Origin: Planctomycetota bacterium
GTDB lineage: Bacteria; Planctomycetota; UBA1135; UBA2386
Assembly: GCA_965228735.1 (NCBI GenBank)
Contig: OZ245838.1
Location: forward strand, 4,320,001 to 4,384,000
DNA length: 64,000 nt
Reading direction: 5' to 3'
The notes beneath the pieces were generated by a model. That model was not told the origin of the DNA. It saw only the letters and a program-made list of their open reading frames with translations, and did not search any database. The translations under genes and the position numbers were made by a program. Numbering within the stretch: position 1 is the first letter of the stretch; each line of letters opens with the position of its first letter. Below, piece by piece: positions 20,425-30,779 of this stretch.

Positions 20425-20985
20425 ATGACGACCAACGCCGCGACCCAGGAGCCGGATCCGGTCACCATGGTGGCCTACCACCGCGCGCTGGCGGACCACT
20501 CGGACGGACTCAAGACCTACGCGACGCGTCTGCTCGGCGACTCGATCGCCGCGGAGGACGTCGCCCAGGACTCGTTCCTCGCGCTCTACCGCCACCTCAA
20601 CCAGGTGCCGACCGCGGCGTTCCGACCCTGGCTGTTCCGCGTCGCGCGCAACCTGTGTCTCGACCAGCTGCGCCGCCGCAAGTTCAAGCTCAGCCTCTTC
20701 CGCGACCTGCAGAAGGACGAGGACAACCCGTTCACACCCGCGGACGGCGATCACGCGGCCCCCGATCAGGTCGCCGAGACCAAGGAAGCCAACGCCGCGA
20801 TCGAGAAGGCGATCGAGGAGTTGCCGCTGAAGTTCCGGGAGGCATTCCTGCTCTGCGAAGTCGAAGGACTGAGCTACGAGGACGCGGCGGCCGTGATGGG
20901 CTGCCCCGTCAAGACCGTGTCGACGCGCCTGTTCCGGGCGCGCCAACGCTTCAAGTCACTGGTCAGTCGACTGATCAAGGTCTGA
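20425..20985 (+). CDS. ECF RNA polymerase sigma factor
   Basis: AEDVAQDSFL, WLFRVARNLCLD, LP.KFREAFLL.EVEGLSYEDAAAVMGCPVKTVSTRLFRAR. Confidence 0.95.
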   Translation: MTTNAATQEPDPVTMVAYHRALADHSDGLKTYATRLLGDSIAAEDVAQDSFLALYRHLNQVPTAAFRPWLFRVARNLCLDQLRRRKFKLSLFRDLQKDEDNPFTPADGDHAAPDQVAETKEANAAIEKAIEELPLKFREAFLLCEVEGLSYEDAAAVMGCPVKTVSTRLFRARQRFKSLVSRLIKV

Positions 20986-21010
20986 TCCGAACGCTGACCA
21001 CCGCACTGCA

Positions 21011-22255
21011 ATGAACTGCAACACCTGCCGCTACGAACTGTCACAGTGCCTCGACGGGCGCCTGCCGTCGGGCCGCCGCACCGTCGTGATGCAACACGTC
21101 TCCGAATGCGAGGCGTGTGCGAGCTTCTGGAACGAGATGCAGGCTGCGCAACGACTGACGCTGCGCCTGCCGCGTGAGGAGGTCGGGGCCGACTTCCGCG
21201 AACGCCTCTTCGAACGCATCGGTGCCGGCGAAGGCTCGCCCGAGGCCATGTTCCGCGACCCCGTGCCGGTGATGGCCAAGGTGCGCTACGCGTTCACGGG
21301 CGCCGCCGCCGCCGCCGCGATGCTGTTCGTCGGCCTGTGGCTGCAGGACGGCGATCGGAACCTGCAGCCGAACGACATGGCGCCGACCGCCGCGCGGGGT
21401 GTGAGCGATGAGGATGTGAGCGATCGGGGTTCGAACGAGACCGGCTCGAACGACGGCACGGTCAGCACGACGGCAATGGCGCAGGTGGCCTCGGCCGGCG
21501 GCACCACCTCAGCTGGTGGCATCAACGGCCTCGGCATCTCCGAGCGCCGCCCCGGCAACGGCGGCTACTACTACGCGGGCCGCAACGTCGACGTCGACGC
21601 GTTTGCCTACGAAGCGGGCACCCGTCCGTTCGGCGGCGTCGCGCTGATCCAGGCCGCGCAGCCGATGGGCACGATGGTGACCGCGCAGGAGACCGCGCGG
21701 CAGCTCGAAGCCCGCTACCGCTCGGTCAACTACCAGCTGGGCCTGCTGCGCCGGCAGCCGCAGCAGATCGACGTGCAGATCGTCGTTCGCCGCATGGTCG
21801 ACGACGCGAGCGAGCTGCGCCTCTTCGCCGACCTCCTGCTCGAGATGCAGCGCCACCAGCGCGTGCGGTTCGACGATCCGGAGATCGGCTCGGAGCTTGA
21901 GCTCGCGGCCGACTCGTTCCGCGACGTGCGGGTCGACCACAGCCTCGACGCGGTGCGCACCGTCGTCGCGACGACCGTGGAGCGCAGCCCGCGCCTCGGC
22001 ACGATCTCGCGCAAGATCGCGGTCAGGCCGGGCGATCGGGCCGAGGACGCGCAGATCCTGATGTGGCTCAACCGCACGCGGCCGGAGGTCTTCCGCATGC
22101 TGTTCATCCCGCTCGGCCCGGGCGACGTGTTCAGCCCCGAGTTCGGGATCATGCGGCAGAGTCACGTGCTCTACTTCTCCGACCCGTGCGGCAACAACCT
22201 CGTCGCGCCGCGCAGCGAGGTCGAGATGCTGAACGGCGCGCCGCAGGTGCGCTGA
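21011..22255 (+). CDS. Anti-sigma factor (zf-HC2, single TM, extracytoplasmic domain)
   Basis: N-term C...HxxxCxxC (HVSECEAC); TM segment; directly follows the ECF sigma. Confidence 0.85.
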   Translation: MNCNTCRYELSQCLDGRLPSGRRTVVMQHVSECEACASFWNEMQAAQRLTLRLPREEVGADFRERLFERIGAGEGSPEAMFRDPVPVMAKVRYAFTGAAAAAAMLFVGLWLQDGDRNLQPNDMAPTAARGVSDEDVSDRGSNETGSNDGTVSTTAMAQVASAGGTTSAGGINGLGISERRPGNGGYYYAGRNVDVDAFAYEAGTRPFGGVALIQAAQPMGTMVTAQETARQLEARYRSVNYQLGLLRRQPQQIDVQIVVRRMVDDASELRLFADLLLEMQRHQRVRFDDPEIGSELELAADSFRDVRVDHSLDAVRTVVATTVERSPRLGTISRKIAVRPGDRAEDAQILMWLNRTRPEVFRMLFIPLGPGDVFSPEFGIMRQSHVLYFSDPCGNNLVAPRSEVEMLNGAPQVR

Positions 22256-22416
22256 GAGGCTCCGAGACGGCGCCGGGGCCGCGAGAACGGCCCCGCCCGA
22301 GCCCGCTGGCCGCGGGCGACGCGAGCGCCGGCACGGAGATCCGGGAGAAGGCGCAACCGCGGCGGCGATCCTCGCTACAGTAGGTCGCCCCTCCCGCCTG
22401 CCCGCCTCCCGACCCA

Positions 22417-24294
22417 ATGCTCGCATCCCTCCTGAGCGCGGCGTTCGCCGCGGCGCCATCGCCGCTTCCCTCGTCCGAGCCCAACCCGCCCACGCCGGTG
22501 ACCGCTGCGGCCGCCGCGCCCGCGACGATCCGCGCCGAGAAGGCGCTCAAGGCGCTCTCCACGTGGCTCAAGGCCTACCGGAGCGGCAAGGTCAATCTGC
22601 TGTCGGACAAGTTCATCAACCGGGCCCCGGTGCTCGTGGACTGGAAGGACGCGGAGATCGAGCCCAAGCAGTCGTTCGCCGTGCGCGCCGGCCTCGTCGA
22701 GAAGGACGGGCTGGATGTCTGGACCGCCCGCGAGGACTTCGTGGTCATCATGGATGCCGCGGGCAAGCTCGAGACGGCCGAGGCCGCCGCGCTGCTCGTC
22801 GAGGTCGCGGCACTCGGCTTCGCCCAGGAGGAGTACAAGCGCGCCCAGGAGGTCCACTTCGTCCGTGACTTGGGCATGAAGAAGGTCGAGGCGCTCGCGA
22901 GCACCGCGGCCCGGAAGGAAGTGGCGCGCATCGCGGCCGGCGAGGCTCGGCTGAACAAGAAGCGCGAGATCGCGATGCGCGGCGTGGCCCTGCGCGCGCT
23001 CGCGGCGTACGGCCAGGACCATGTGGCGACGCTGACGGCGCAGATCCTGCACGAGGATCCGCTGCTGCGCTTCCACGCCGCCGAAGCGCTCGCCCGGGTG
23101 GGCGGCGAGCCGGCAGCCGAGGCGCTCATCATCGCGTTGGGGAAGGAGTCGACCGAGGTCGCGATGCCCGCGATGGTCGAGGCGCTGCGCACGATCTATG
23201 CGAGCTATCGCACGCAAGACACCGGCGGCGACGCGGGCGGCGACGACAAGGACAAGGACGACAAGGACAAGACCGGCGACGACGGAGCCGAGGGCGGGGA
23301 CACCCCGGCGGCGGCACCCGCGGTCAAGCTGCCCCCGTCCGCGCGCCAGGCCGTCAAGGTCGCGATCGGTGCGATCGGCCGCACGAGCTGGCGCGGCGAC
23401 ATGGCGCTGCTGCGTCTGCTCGACGACCTGCGCAGCAAGGACGCCGTGCCGGCGCTCATCAAGATCCTCGCGCGCTACCAGCAGAATCCGGACCTCGTGA
23501 AGAGCGGCCAGCTCTCGGGCCTCGTGCTGCACCGCGCCCACGAACTGCTGATGACGATGACGGGCGCCGTCTATCCGGTCGATCAGGTCGCGCAGTGGCA
23601 GGAGTTCTGGCAGAAGGAGAAGGACAAGGTCGACATCCAGAAGCGCCACGCAGCCGAGGGCGCCCAGCGCACCGCGGGATTCTGCGGCATCCCGGTCGAA
23701 GGGTCGCGCGTCGTGTTCATCCTCGACCTGTCGCGCAGCATGACGTTCGCGATGCAGCGCGACGGCGACGGCGGCGCGACGCGGATGGACTTCGCTCGGC
23801 GTGAGCTCGAGCGCGCGATGAACGAGATCTCCGACCAGTCGGCGTTCAACCTCATCACGTTCAACGGCGACGACGAGGCCGAGGTCTGGAGCCGCAAGCT
23901 GCTGCCGGCGACGCCGAAGAACCGCGAGAAGTTCATCAAGTACCTCGGCAAGCTCGAGCCCGACGGCGGCACCAACCTGTGGAGCGCGATCGAAGAGGCG
24001 CTCACGGTCAGCCGCCTCACCTACGCCGAGAACTACGAGAAGGTCATCGACGAGATCTTCATCCTCTCCGACGGCGCGCCGTCGGTCGGCGAGGTCGTCG
24101 ACCCGGTCGAGATCCTGCGCCTCGTGAAGGAAGCCAACCGCTTCGCCAAGGTCCGGATCAACACGGTGTTCATCAACAGCAAGGACCCCGAGGAGTTCCG
24201 GCGCCAGCGCACGCCGTGGATGGGCGACATCAAGCCCCAGGAACTCATGCGCCGCCTCGCCGAAGAGAACGGCGGCCGCTGCGTGATCCTGTAG
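22417..24294 (+). CDS. Secreted HEAT-repeat plus vWA domain protein
   Basis: HEAT-like helices; MIDAS motif VFILDLSRSM, GGTN, ILSDGAP. Confidence 0.85.
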   Translation: MLASLLSAAFAAAPSPLPSSEPNPPTPVTAAAAAPATIRAEKALKALSTWLKAYRSGKVNLLSDKFINRAPVLVDWKDAEIEPKQSFAVRAGLVEKDGLDVWTAREDFVVIMDAAGKLETAEAAALLVEVAALGFAQEEYKRAQEVHFVRDLGMKKVEALASTAARKEVARIAAGEARLNKKREIAMRGVALRALAAYGQDHVATLTAQILHEDPLLRFHAAEALARVGGEPAAEALIIALGKESTEVAMPAMVEALRTIYASYRTQDTGGDAGGDDKDKDDKDKTGDDGAEGGDTPAAAPAVKLPPSARQAVKVAIGAIGRTSWRGDMALLRLLDDLRSKDAVPALIKILARYQQNPDLVKSGQLSGLVLHRAHELLMTMTGAVYPVDQVAQWQEFWQKEKDKVDIQKRHAAEGAQRTAGFCGIPVEGSRVVFILDLSRSMTFAMQRDGDGGATRMDFARRELERAMNEISDQSAFNLITFNGDDEAEVWSRKLLPATPKNREKFIKYLGKLEPDGGTNLWSAIEEALTVSRLTYAENYEKVIDEIFILSDGAPSVGEVVDPVEILRLVKEANRFAKVRINTVFINSKDPEEFRRQRTPWMGDIKPQELMRRLAEENGGRCVIL

Positions 24295-24297
24295 TCG

Positions 24298-24894
24298 TTA
24301 CTCCGGCGGCTCCCGGGTAACCGCCGCGTACCGCCACGCCCCGAGGGCGGTGATCGAGATCCCGCCCAGCTCGAGGAGCCAGTTCCAGCGCAGCCCGAGC
24401 ACCCGTTCGCCGAGGAACGCATCGACACGGTGGAAGGACGCCGCGCGCACGAGCACGAACGTCACGACGAGCGCCGTGCCGAGCAGCGCCACCCACATCC
24501 GCCGCAGGGCCGTCCGCGACCACCAGACCACGAGGCCGACGACCGTCGCTCCCACCGCGAGGACGGCCGCGATGAACGCGAGCTGCACGGTGCGACGGTG
24601 TTCGTACCAGCCGTCACGCCGCGCCAGGACCCGGCCGGTCTCGGTGAGCGCCGACTGCAGGTCCAGCTGCTTGTTGATGCCGAGCAGCACGAAGCCGATC
24701 GCCAGGAGCAACCACGTCGAACGCGGGCCAGTCGCCTCGCCCTCGATCGCCCGGCTCCGGCGCGCCGCGCGCAACGCGAGGCCGGCGGCGAACAGGTAGG
24801 CCAGGACCGTGAGCCAGCCGAACACGGTCGGATCGCCGATCTGCGGCGACCACTTGCCGATCCAACCCTGGACCTCCTGCGCGACCGCGCTCAT
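24298..24894 (-). CDS. Uncharacterised multi-pass membrane protein
   Basis: About 5 TM segments; WSPQIGDPT, LGINKQLDLQS and RAASFH motifs. Confidence 0.7.
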   Translation of the reverse strand: MSAVAQEVQGWIGKWSPQIGDPTVFGWLTVLAYLFAAGLALRAARRSRAIEGEATGPRSTWLLLAIGFVLLGINKQLDLQSALTETGRVLARRDGWYEHRRTVQLAFIAAVLAVGATVVGLVVWWSRTALRRMWVALLGTALVVTFVLVRAASFHRVDAFLGERVLGLRWNWLLELGGISITALGAWRYAAVTREPPE

Positions 24895-25265
24895 CGCTTG
24901 CTCGCACCCTTCGCCGGCGGCTTCGCCGGCATCTTGGCTGGCCCGGTCCCGCGCTGCCGCACCCGCCACAACGGCACCGTGACTGCGAGCAGGCCGCCGA
25001 GCGCGATGAGCACCCACGCGACGCGGTCCGACTCCTTCAACGATTCGGCCGGCACTTCCCGCATCGCGAGCGCCAGGCGGGTCTCGCCGCCCTGCAGGTA
25101 GAACGTCGCCTCGCCGATGGCGCGCCAGAGGACGAACGTGTTCTCGACCTCGGCGCGCGCGTGCCGGGCGAGCGCGACCTGACCATGCAGCGTGAGCCCG
25201 CAGCCGATCAGCACGCCGCCGAGCAGGATCAGGAACCAGCGGACGCAGCGCACCATTGCCGCCAA
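24891..25265 (-). CDS. Small 2-TM hypothetical protein
   Basis: Two hydrophobic segments; ATGA overlap with the downstream gene. Confidence 0.6.
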   Translation of the reverse strand: MAAMVRCVRWFLILLGGVLIGCGLTLHGQVALARHARAEVENTFVLWRAIGEATFYLQGGETRLALAMREVPAESLKESDRVAWVLIALGGLLAVTVPLWRVRQRGTGPAKMPAKPPAKGASKR

Positions 25266-25289
25266 CGCTACGCCCGCGCGACCCGAGGT

Positions 25290-27911
25290 CTATTCCTTGC
25301 CGGTCTTGGCGGCGGCCCGTTTCGCGCCCGGCTTCCCCGCGTCCTTCGCGCTCGAGCCTGCCGACCTCTGATCGCCATCCTGCTTCTCGCCCTGCTTCTC
25401 CTTGGGCTGATCCTTCGGCTTGACGTGCACGATGCGCTTGCCGTCGCGGAACACGACGCGGTCACCGAGCGCCAGGACGGCGCTCAGCCTGGGGTTGCTC
25501 TTCAGCAGCTCGAAGTAGCTCTTCGAGAACGCCTCGACGACGACGGCCTGGCTGGCCCAGTCGGCCGGCAGCCCCTGTTCGACGAGGTCGGCGCCGACCG
25601 GCACGAAGACCCGGCCAGCGGCGCGGCGCAGCAGTCGCTTGCCGCTGCCGGAGTCTCGGAGTTCGTCGAGCTCGACGTTCTCCGCCGGGTCGGCCTCGGC
25701 GCGCAGAACGTCACTCTTCCGCGCCGCCCCGAGGTAGAAGTCGTCGGACGCGGTCACGAGGCTCTCACGCACGGCCTCGGCGCCGGTGCGCTTCTTGCCG
25801 AGGCGCCGCAGGCGCTCGAGCGCCGGCTGGTTCTTGGCTTCGCTCGCGGAACCGTCGCCGCGCGCTCCCCACCGCGCGACCGGGCTCGCGGCTCCCCGCG
25901 GGCCGGGAGTCGACGGCCCGCTCGGCCCTGCCGAAGCCGGGCCGCCCGGCCCACCCGTGGCCGGGCCGCCGGCGGCCGGTCCACCTGCTACCGGTCCACC
26001 TGGGGCCGCCCGATCGGCGCCGCCGCCGAGTCCCACCGCGGTATTCCAAGCGCCGCTGGCCCCCGGCCGGCCGACGCGACCGCCCCGCCGCGACTCACGC
26101 TGGCGCAGCGGCTGGTTGGCGAGGCGCATGCCCTCTTCGACGATCAGCTGCGACGTGTAGGGCGTGACGATGCCGTAGCGCGTCGCGAGCTGCTTCACCT
26201 CGCTGACGAGCTCGGGTTTGGCGCCGTTCCGCCGGATCGCGTCGAGCAGGCTCGCGACGTGCTGCCGCGCCCAGATCGTCTGCACGAAGGTGTGCTCCTC
26301 CGCGAGCTTCGGGAAGTCGACCTCGAACACGAACTCGCGCTTCTTGCCGCCCTGCGTGCCGCACAGGCGCACGACCTTGCTGCCGTGGTCACGATAGCGC
26401 CCGACGACCTGCAGCATCTCGCCGCAGAACATGTCACGCGTGCGCGCCGGGTGCACGTCGAACGAGTCGAGCCCGTCGCACCGGATCTCGACGTCGGTCA
26501 GGGCCGGCTGCGAGATCTTCTGGCACAGCGCGTCGACCTTGAGCTCGATCTTCTCCTTGTTCCGCACGAAGTCGCGCGCGCCGCGGTGCTGCTGCACGAG
26601 GTCGTCGATGAGCCGAACGTCGATGTCGTTGCCGACGCCGAGCGCGAAGACGCGCGTCTTGTGCTCGTCCGACTGCTTCGCGAGCTGCAGGATCTCCTTC
26701 GGCTCCGTGATGCCGACCGTCGGCTCGCCGTCGGTGACGAACACGATCTGGCCGAGCCACGGGCCGTCGCCGTCCGCCTTCGGCGTATCGACCGCGAGCG
26801 CCGCCCGCAGCGCCTCGGCGATGTTCGTGCCGCCCTTGGCCTCGAGCCGTTCGATGCGTTCGAGCGCCGCGGTGATGTGCTCCTTGGTCGCGAGGCGCGG
26901 CGCGTCGAAGAACGTCTGCACCGAGGAACTGAACGTCACGATCTGGAACAGGTCCTCGCTTTGCAGGCTGCGCAGGAACATCCGCAGCGATTCCTTCGCC
27001 TGGCGAATCTTGTCGCCCTTCATCGAACCCGAGGTGTCGACGACGAACTGCACGCAGCGGCGCGGCGTCGTTTCGAGCGCGCGCGGCGGCGACAGCAGCA
27101 TGACGAAGTAGCCCGGATCGGCGAGCTGACGCCACGTCAGCAGGTGCAGGCCGAACTCCTGCTCGCTGAGCCCGTAGAGCACGCTGAGGTCTTCGCTCGG
27201 CACGCCCTTGCACTCGAACGTGACGCGCGCCTCGCGGTCCCCCTGCTGCACGACCTCGGCGCTCTGCTGCGGCGAGACGACGGTCGCGAGCCGCGTCTGC
27301 GACGTGATCTTCACGTCCATCGTGAGCTGGCCCTGCCCCGTGTCACCGTACTTCGTCGCGCGCAGCGGCCACTGCCATTCGAACACGTTGCCGCGCGGCT
27401 CGAGGATCTGCCGCAGCCGCACGGTCACGACGACGTCCTGCTGGGCCGGGATCGGGTAGACCCGCGCGCGCAGCATGCCTTCGCCCGCGTATTCGAGCAG
27501 GCCCGGGTCGCGCTTCCGCCGCACGATCGCCTCGTAGACCGAGCGTGCCTGATCGGCGCCGAGGACCTCGCCCTCGAGCTCGACGCCGCCGACGGCCATC
27601 GTGAAGCCGTCCGCGACCGCACCGCGCGGCAGCGGCATGAACCACGTGCCCTCGGCCTCGCGCCGTCCGTGATTGTGGAACGTCTGCTCGATCGTCGTGG
27701 TCGCGACGCCGTCGACGATCTGCGCGCGGATGGCCGTCTTCTGCAGCTCGACGCTCGGGCCGCGGCGGATCGTCGGGCGCGGCGGCCGCGGCGTGCCGTG
27801 ACGCGGCTGGTCGCGATCCGGCCGGTCCGGGCGGTCGGGGTCGGGGGTCAGCAGCAGGCCTTGGGCGGCGAGCGGAACGGAGAGCAGCAGCGGAATCAGG
27901 AATCTGGCCAT
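25290..27911 (-). CDS. Secreted VIT plus vWA domain protein
   Basis: Signal peptide; VIT (ATTTIEQTFHN...DPGLLEY); MIDAS VVDTSGSM, GGTNI, FVTDGEPT; YGIVTPYTS; Gly/Pro-rich linker. Confidence 0.9.
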   Translation of the reverse strand: MARFLIPLLLSVPLAAQGLLLTPDPDRPDRPDRDQPRHGTPRPPRPTIRRGPSVELQKTAIRAQIVDGVATTTIEQTFHNHGRREAEGTWFMPLPRGAVADGFTMAVGGVELEGEVLGADQARSVYEAIVRRKRDPGLLEYAGEGMLRARVYPIPAQQDVVVTVRLRQILEPRGNVFEWQWPLRATKYGDTGQGQLTMDVKITSQTRLATVVSPQQSAEVVQQGDREARVTFECKGVPSEDLSVLYGLSEQEFGLHLLTWRQLADPGYFVMLLSPPRALETTPRRCVQFVVDTSGSMKGDKIRQAKESLRMFLRSLQSEDLFQIVTFSSSVQTFFDAPRLATKEHITAALERIERLEAKGGTNIAEALRAALAVDTPKADGDGPWLGQIVFVTDGEPTVGITEPKEILQLAKQSDEHKTRVFALGVGNDIDVRLIDDLVQQHRGARDFVRNKEKIELKVDALCQKISQPALTDVEIRCDGLDSFDVHPARTRDMFCGEMLQVVGRYRDHGSKVVRLCGTQGGKKREFVFEVDFPKLAEEHTFVQTIWARQHVASLLDAIRRNGAKPELVSEVKQLATRYGIVTPYTSQLIVEEGMRLANQPLRQRESRRGGRVGRPGASGAWNTAVGLGGGADRAAPGGPVAGGPAAGGPATGGPGGPASAGPSGPSTPGPRGAASPVARWGARGDGSASEAKNQPALERLRRLGKKRTGAEAVRESLVTASDDFYLGAARKSDVLRAEADPAENVELDELRDSGSGKRLLRRAAGRVFVPVGADLVEQGLPADWASQAVVVEAFSKSYFELLKSNPRLSAVLALGDRVVFRDGKRIVHVKPKDQPKEKQGEKQDGDQRSAGSSAKDAGKPGAKRAAAKTGKE

Positions 27912-28086
27912 GTGTCGCACCTTGCGGGGACCGCGCCCATGCACGCGGCGTGCCGCAGAGAAGCGACGAACGCGACCCGTTCCCGGCAGTTCCCGAAAGC
28001 CGGCCGAAGGCTCCGATCGGGGCGAGAACGGCCGCCCCGCGGCCGGCGGTGTCACGCCGGCGAAACGACAAGGCCGACCGGCGGCG

Positions 28087-28839
28087 TCAGCGGCCGGCCG
28101 GTGCGAGCGGCAGGTCGAGGCCGCGGGCGTCGAAGATGACCTCGAACCGGGGCGCGAGCCGGCGCACGAGGTCGGCCGGCGTCTTGATGTCCTGCGCCGC
28201 GATTCGAGCCGTGACCTGCCGGTCCCCCGTCTTCTTCAGCGTCTTGGTCCAGAGGTAGACCTTGCCCGGCACGTCGATCCGAAGCTTCAGATCGAGGCCC
28301 TCGAGTTGCTGCTGCCGCTTCACGAAGAAGCCGGCGATCACCGGGTCGACGGTCTCCGCGAGCGCTGCGGCCTTCTTGCGAGCCTCGAGCCAGGCCGTCC
28401 GACCCTGCGGGTAGAACGTCAGCTTGGCCGTGCCGGCCTTGGGGCCCGCCTGCAGCGTCCACTCGGCCTGGGTGCCGTTGAGCGGGCACTTCTGCAGCGT
28501 CTGGAAGTCCGCGAAGGTCGCCGCCAGCTCGACCGTTCGACGCCCGCCGTCGCGCTTCGTCTCGTAGCCGGTGAGCTCGAGGCCGGCCGCGACGAGATCC
28601 GCCTGCGTCTTCTCGCGGTCGAAAACGGCTGCCGGATCCGTCGCCCCGCCGAACCGGGCCGCGGCCGCGGCGGTCTTGACCTCGGCGATCGTGCTCTCGC
28701 GCATCGTCATCGCGAACACGAACTCGCCGCTGCCGTCGGCCCGCAACGTCACCTTCTGGTCGAGCTCGAGACAGCCCGCGAGCGGCAGCGGCAGAACGAG
28801 CGCCAACGCAGCCAGAGTCCGGGTCCTGATTCGTCGCAT
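28087..28839 (-). CDS. Lipoprotein (LppM-like N-terminus)
   Basis: Lipobox LAGC followed by LELDQKVTLRADGSG. Confidence 0.65.
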   Translation of the reverse strand: MRRIRTRTLAALALVLPLPLAGCLELDQKVTLRADGSGEFVFAMTMRESTIAEVKTAAAAARFGGATDPAAVFDREKTQADLVAAGLELTGYETKRDGGRRTVELAATFADFQTLQKCPLNGTQAEWTLQAGPKAGTAKLTFYPQGRTAWLEARKKAAALAETVDPVIAGFFVKRQQQLEGLDLKLRIDVPGKVYLWTKTLKKTGDRQVTARIAAQDIKTPADLVRRLAPRFEVIFDARGLDLPLAPAGR

Positions 28840-28934
28840 ACGAACTTGATCGGCCCTTGGCATCGGCGAACTGGAGCTTTCAGGCCGGCGACCGCTCGAT
28901 CGGTCGCGGCCCCGGCGTAGGCTGGGCCGAACCG

Positions 28935-29921
28935 ATGCTGGCACAAGAATCCGAGGTGGCCCAGTGGATCACCGACCTGCCCTACCTGGCCGTGGTCGTG
29001 GGCCTCGCCGGACTCGTGATCGGCGCCGAGCTGCTCGTGCGCGGGGCGGTCTGGGTCGCCCTCGTGCTCGGGATGAGCCGCATGGCGGTCGGCCTCACGC
29101 TCGTGGCGATCGGCACGTCGCTGCCGGAGCTGCTCGTGAGCCTCAACGCAGCGCGCAAGGGTGAAGCCGGCATGGCACTCGCGAACGTGCTCGGCAGCAA
29201 CGTGTCCAACACGCTGCTCATCGTCGGCGCGACCGCGGCGATCTGCGCGATCCGGCTGCAGGTGCGCTGGCTCGAGCTCAACTACATGCTGATCGCGACG
29301 GCGATCCTCGGCGTGCCGTTCGTGTTCGGCCTCGGCATCGAACCGATCGTGTCGTGGCTGATGCTCGCGATGCTCATCGTGTTCATCTCGCAGCTCATGA
29401 TGCGCGAACGCAAGAACCGCAAGGCCAACGCGAGTGCGGAGGAGCGCCCGGCCGGCACGGCGATCGGCTGGGTCCTCCACGTCGGCCTGTTCATCGGCGG
29501 CTTCTACGGGCTGCAATACGGCGCCAACTGGCTCGTCGATGGTGCCGTCGTGATCGCGGTGGACTACGGCATGTCGACCGAGCTCGCCGGTCTCACGATC
29601 GTCGCGGTCGGCACGAGCCTGCCCGAGCTCGCGACCTCCGCGCTCGCCGCGATCCGCAGCCAGCCCGAGATCTGCATCGGCAACATCCTCGGCAGCAACA
29701 TCTTCAACGTCGGCGCGGTGCTCGGTGTCGCGGGGCTGCTGCAGCCGTTCGCAGTCGAGCCGGAGCTGTGGCGCTCGATGGCCTGGGCCGCGGGCTCGGC
29801 CATTCTGCTCGTTCTCGTGCTGCGCGGCAGCAAGGGCGTGCCGCGGCTCGTTGGCATCGGCTTCGTGATCGCATTCGCGGCATTTCTCACCATCGAAGTG
29901 CTGCTCCAACCGCCGAGTTGA
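28935..29921 (+). CDS. Calcium/sodium antiporter (YrbG/CaCA family)
   Basis: Two GTSLPEL alpha-repeats, each followed by GSN; about 10 TM. Confidence 0.92.
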   Translation: MLAQESEVAQWITDLPYLAVVVGLAGLVIGAELLVRGAVWVALVLGMSRMAVGLTLVAIGTSLPELLVSLNAARKGEAGMALANVLGSNVSNTLLIVGATAAICAIRLQVRWLELNYMLIATAILGVPFVFGLGIEPIVSWLMLAMLIVFISQLMMRERKNRKANASAEERPAGTAIGWVLHVGLFIGGFYGLQYGANWLVDGAVVIAVDYGMSTELAGLTIVAVGTSLPELATSALAAIRSQPEICIGNILGSNIFNVGAVLGVAGLLQPFAVEPELWRSMAWAAGSAILLVLVLRGSKGVPRLVGIGFVIAFAAFLTIEVLLQPPS

Positions 29922-29969
29922 GCCGGCGGGCTGCCGGCCACCGGCGAGTCGCGGTATCCTTCGGAGGCC

Positions 29970-30779
29970 ATGCTGCCCGCCCTCATCACCGTCAGTCTGC
30001 TGGTCTGTCAGGATCCGGGTTCCGAAAAGCCCCCGGCCGGCAAACCCGCCGTCGAGAAGGCCGCCGACGCGAAGAAAGCTGCCGAAGCCGCCGCAAAGAA
30101 GAAGACCGCCAAGAAGGTCGTCTTCATCGAGGATTGGGACGACAAGCGCGCCAAGGCCGCGGCCAAGGAGCTCGGCAAGGTCGTCAGATCGAAGAAGTCA
30201 TCGATGCGCGACCGCAACAAGGCGCTCGAGGTCATCGCGACGGCGCGCAACGACGCGTTCGTCAAGCCGCTCGTGCGCTGCATCGAGCGCGATGAGTCCG
30301 TCGTGATCCGGCGCCGCGCCGCGCAGCTGCTCGGCAACCAGCCGCCGAAGAAGGCCGGCCGCGCGATCCTCAAGCTCGTGAACAACGGCCGCGTCTCGTC
30401 CCACCCGACGCTGCAGGCCGAGATGATCAAGGCGCTATCGCGCTGCGGCTACGAGGCCAGGCACTGGCAGGAACTCGACGACCTGTTCGAACGCTACTAC
30501 GAGCTCGATCGCGTGCCGCTGCAGGAGGCGATCCTCGAGCTCGTGGCGCAACACAAGGAGAAGCAGGCGATCCCGATCCTGCTGCGCAACCTCGACGAAC
30601 CGATTCCGACCAACGTGCACGGTGGCGACAACCCGCCGGCCTCGTACTGGGAGGCGCGCTGGAAGTCGTGGAAGCGCTGGCGCCCGAAGGTGAAAGAGGC
30701 GCTGTTCGCGATCACGGGTCAGCGCTTCAGCACTGCCGAAGAAGCCAAGGTTTGGCTCGAGAAGAACAAGCTGAAGTAG
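29970..30779 (+). CDS. Secreted HEAT-repeat protein
   Basis: Signal peptide; HEAT-like helices; ALFAITGQRF terminal motif. Confidence 0.7.
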   Translation: MLPALITVSLLVCQDPGSEKPPAGKPAVEKAADAKKAAEAAAKKKTAKKVVFIEDWDDKRAKAAAKELGKVVRSKKSSMRDRNKALEVIATARNDAFVKPLVRCIERDESVVIRRRAAQLLGNQPPKKAGRAILKLVNNGRVSSHPTLQAEMIKALSRCGYEARHWQELDDLFERYYELDRVPLQEAILELVAQHKEKQAIPILLRNLDEPIPTNVHGGDNPPASYWEARWKSWKRWRPKVKEALFAITGQRFSTAEEAKVWLEKNKLK

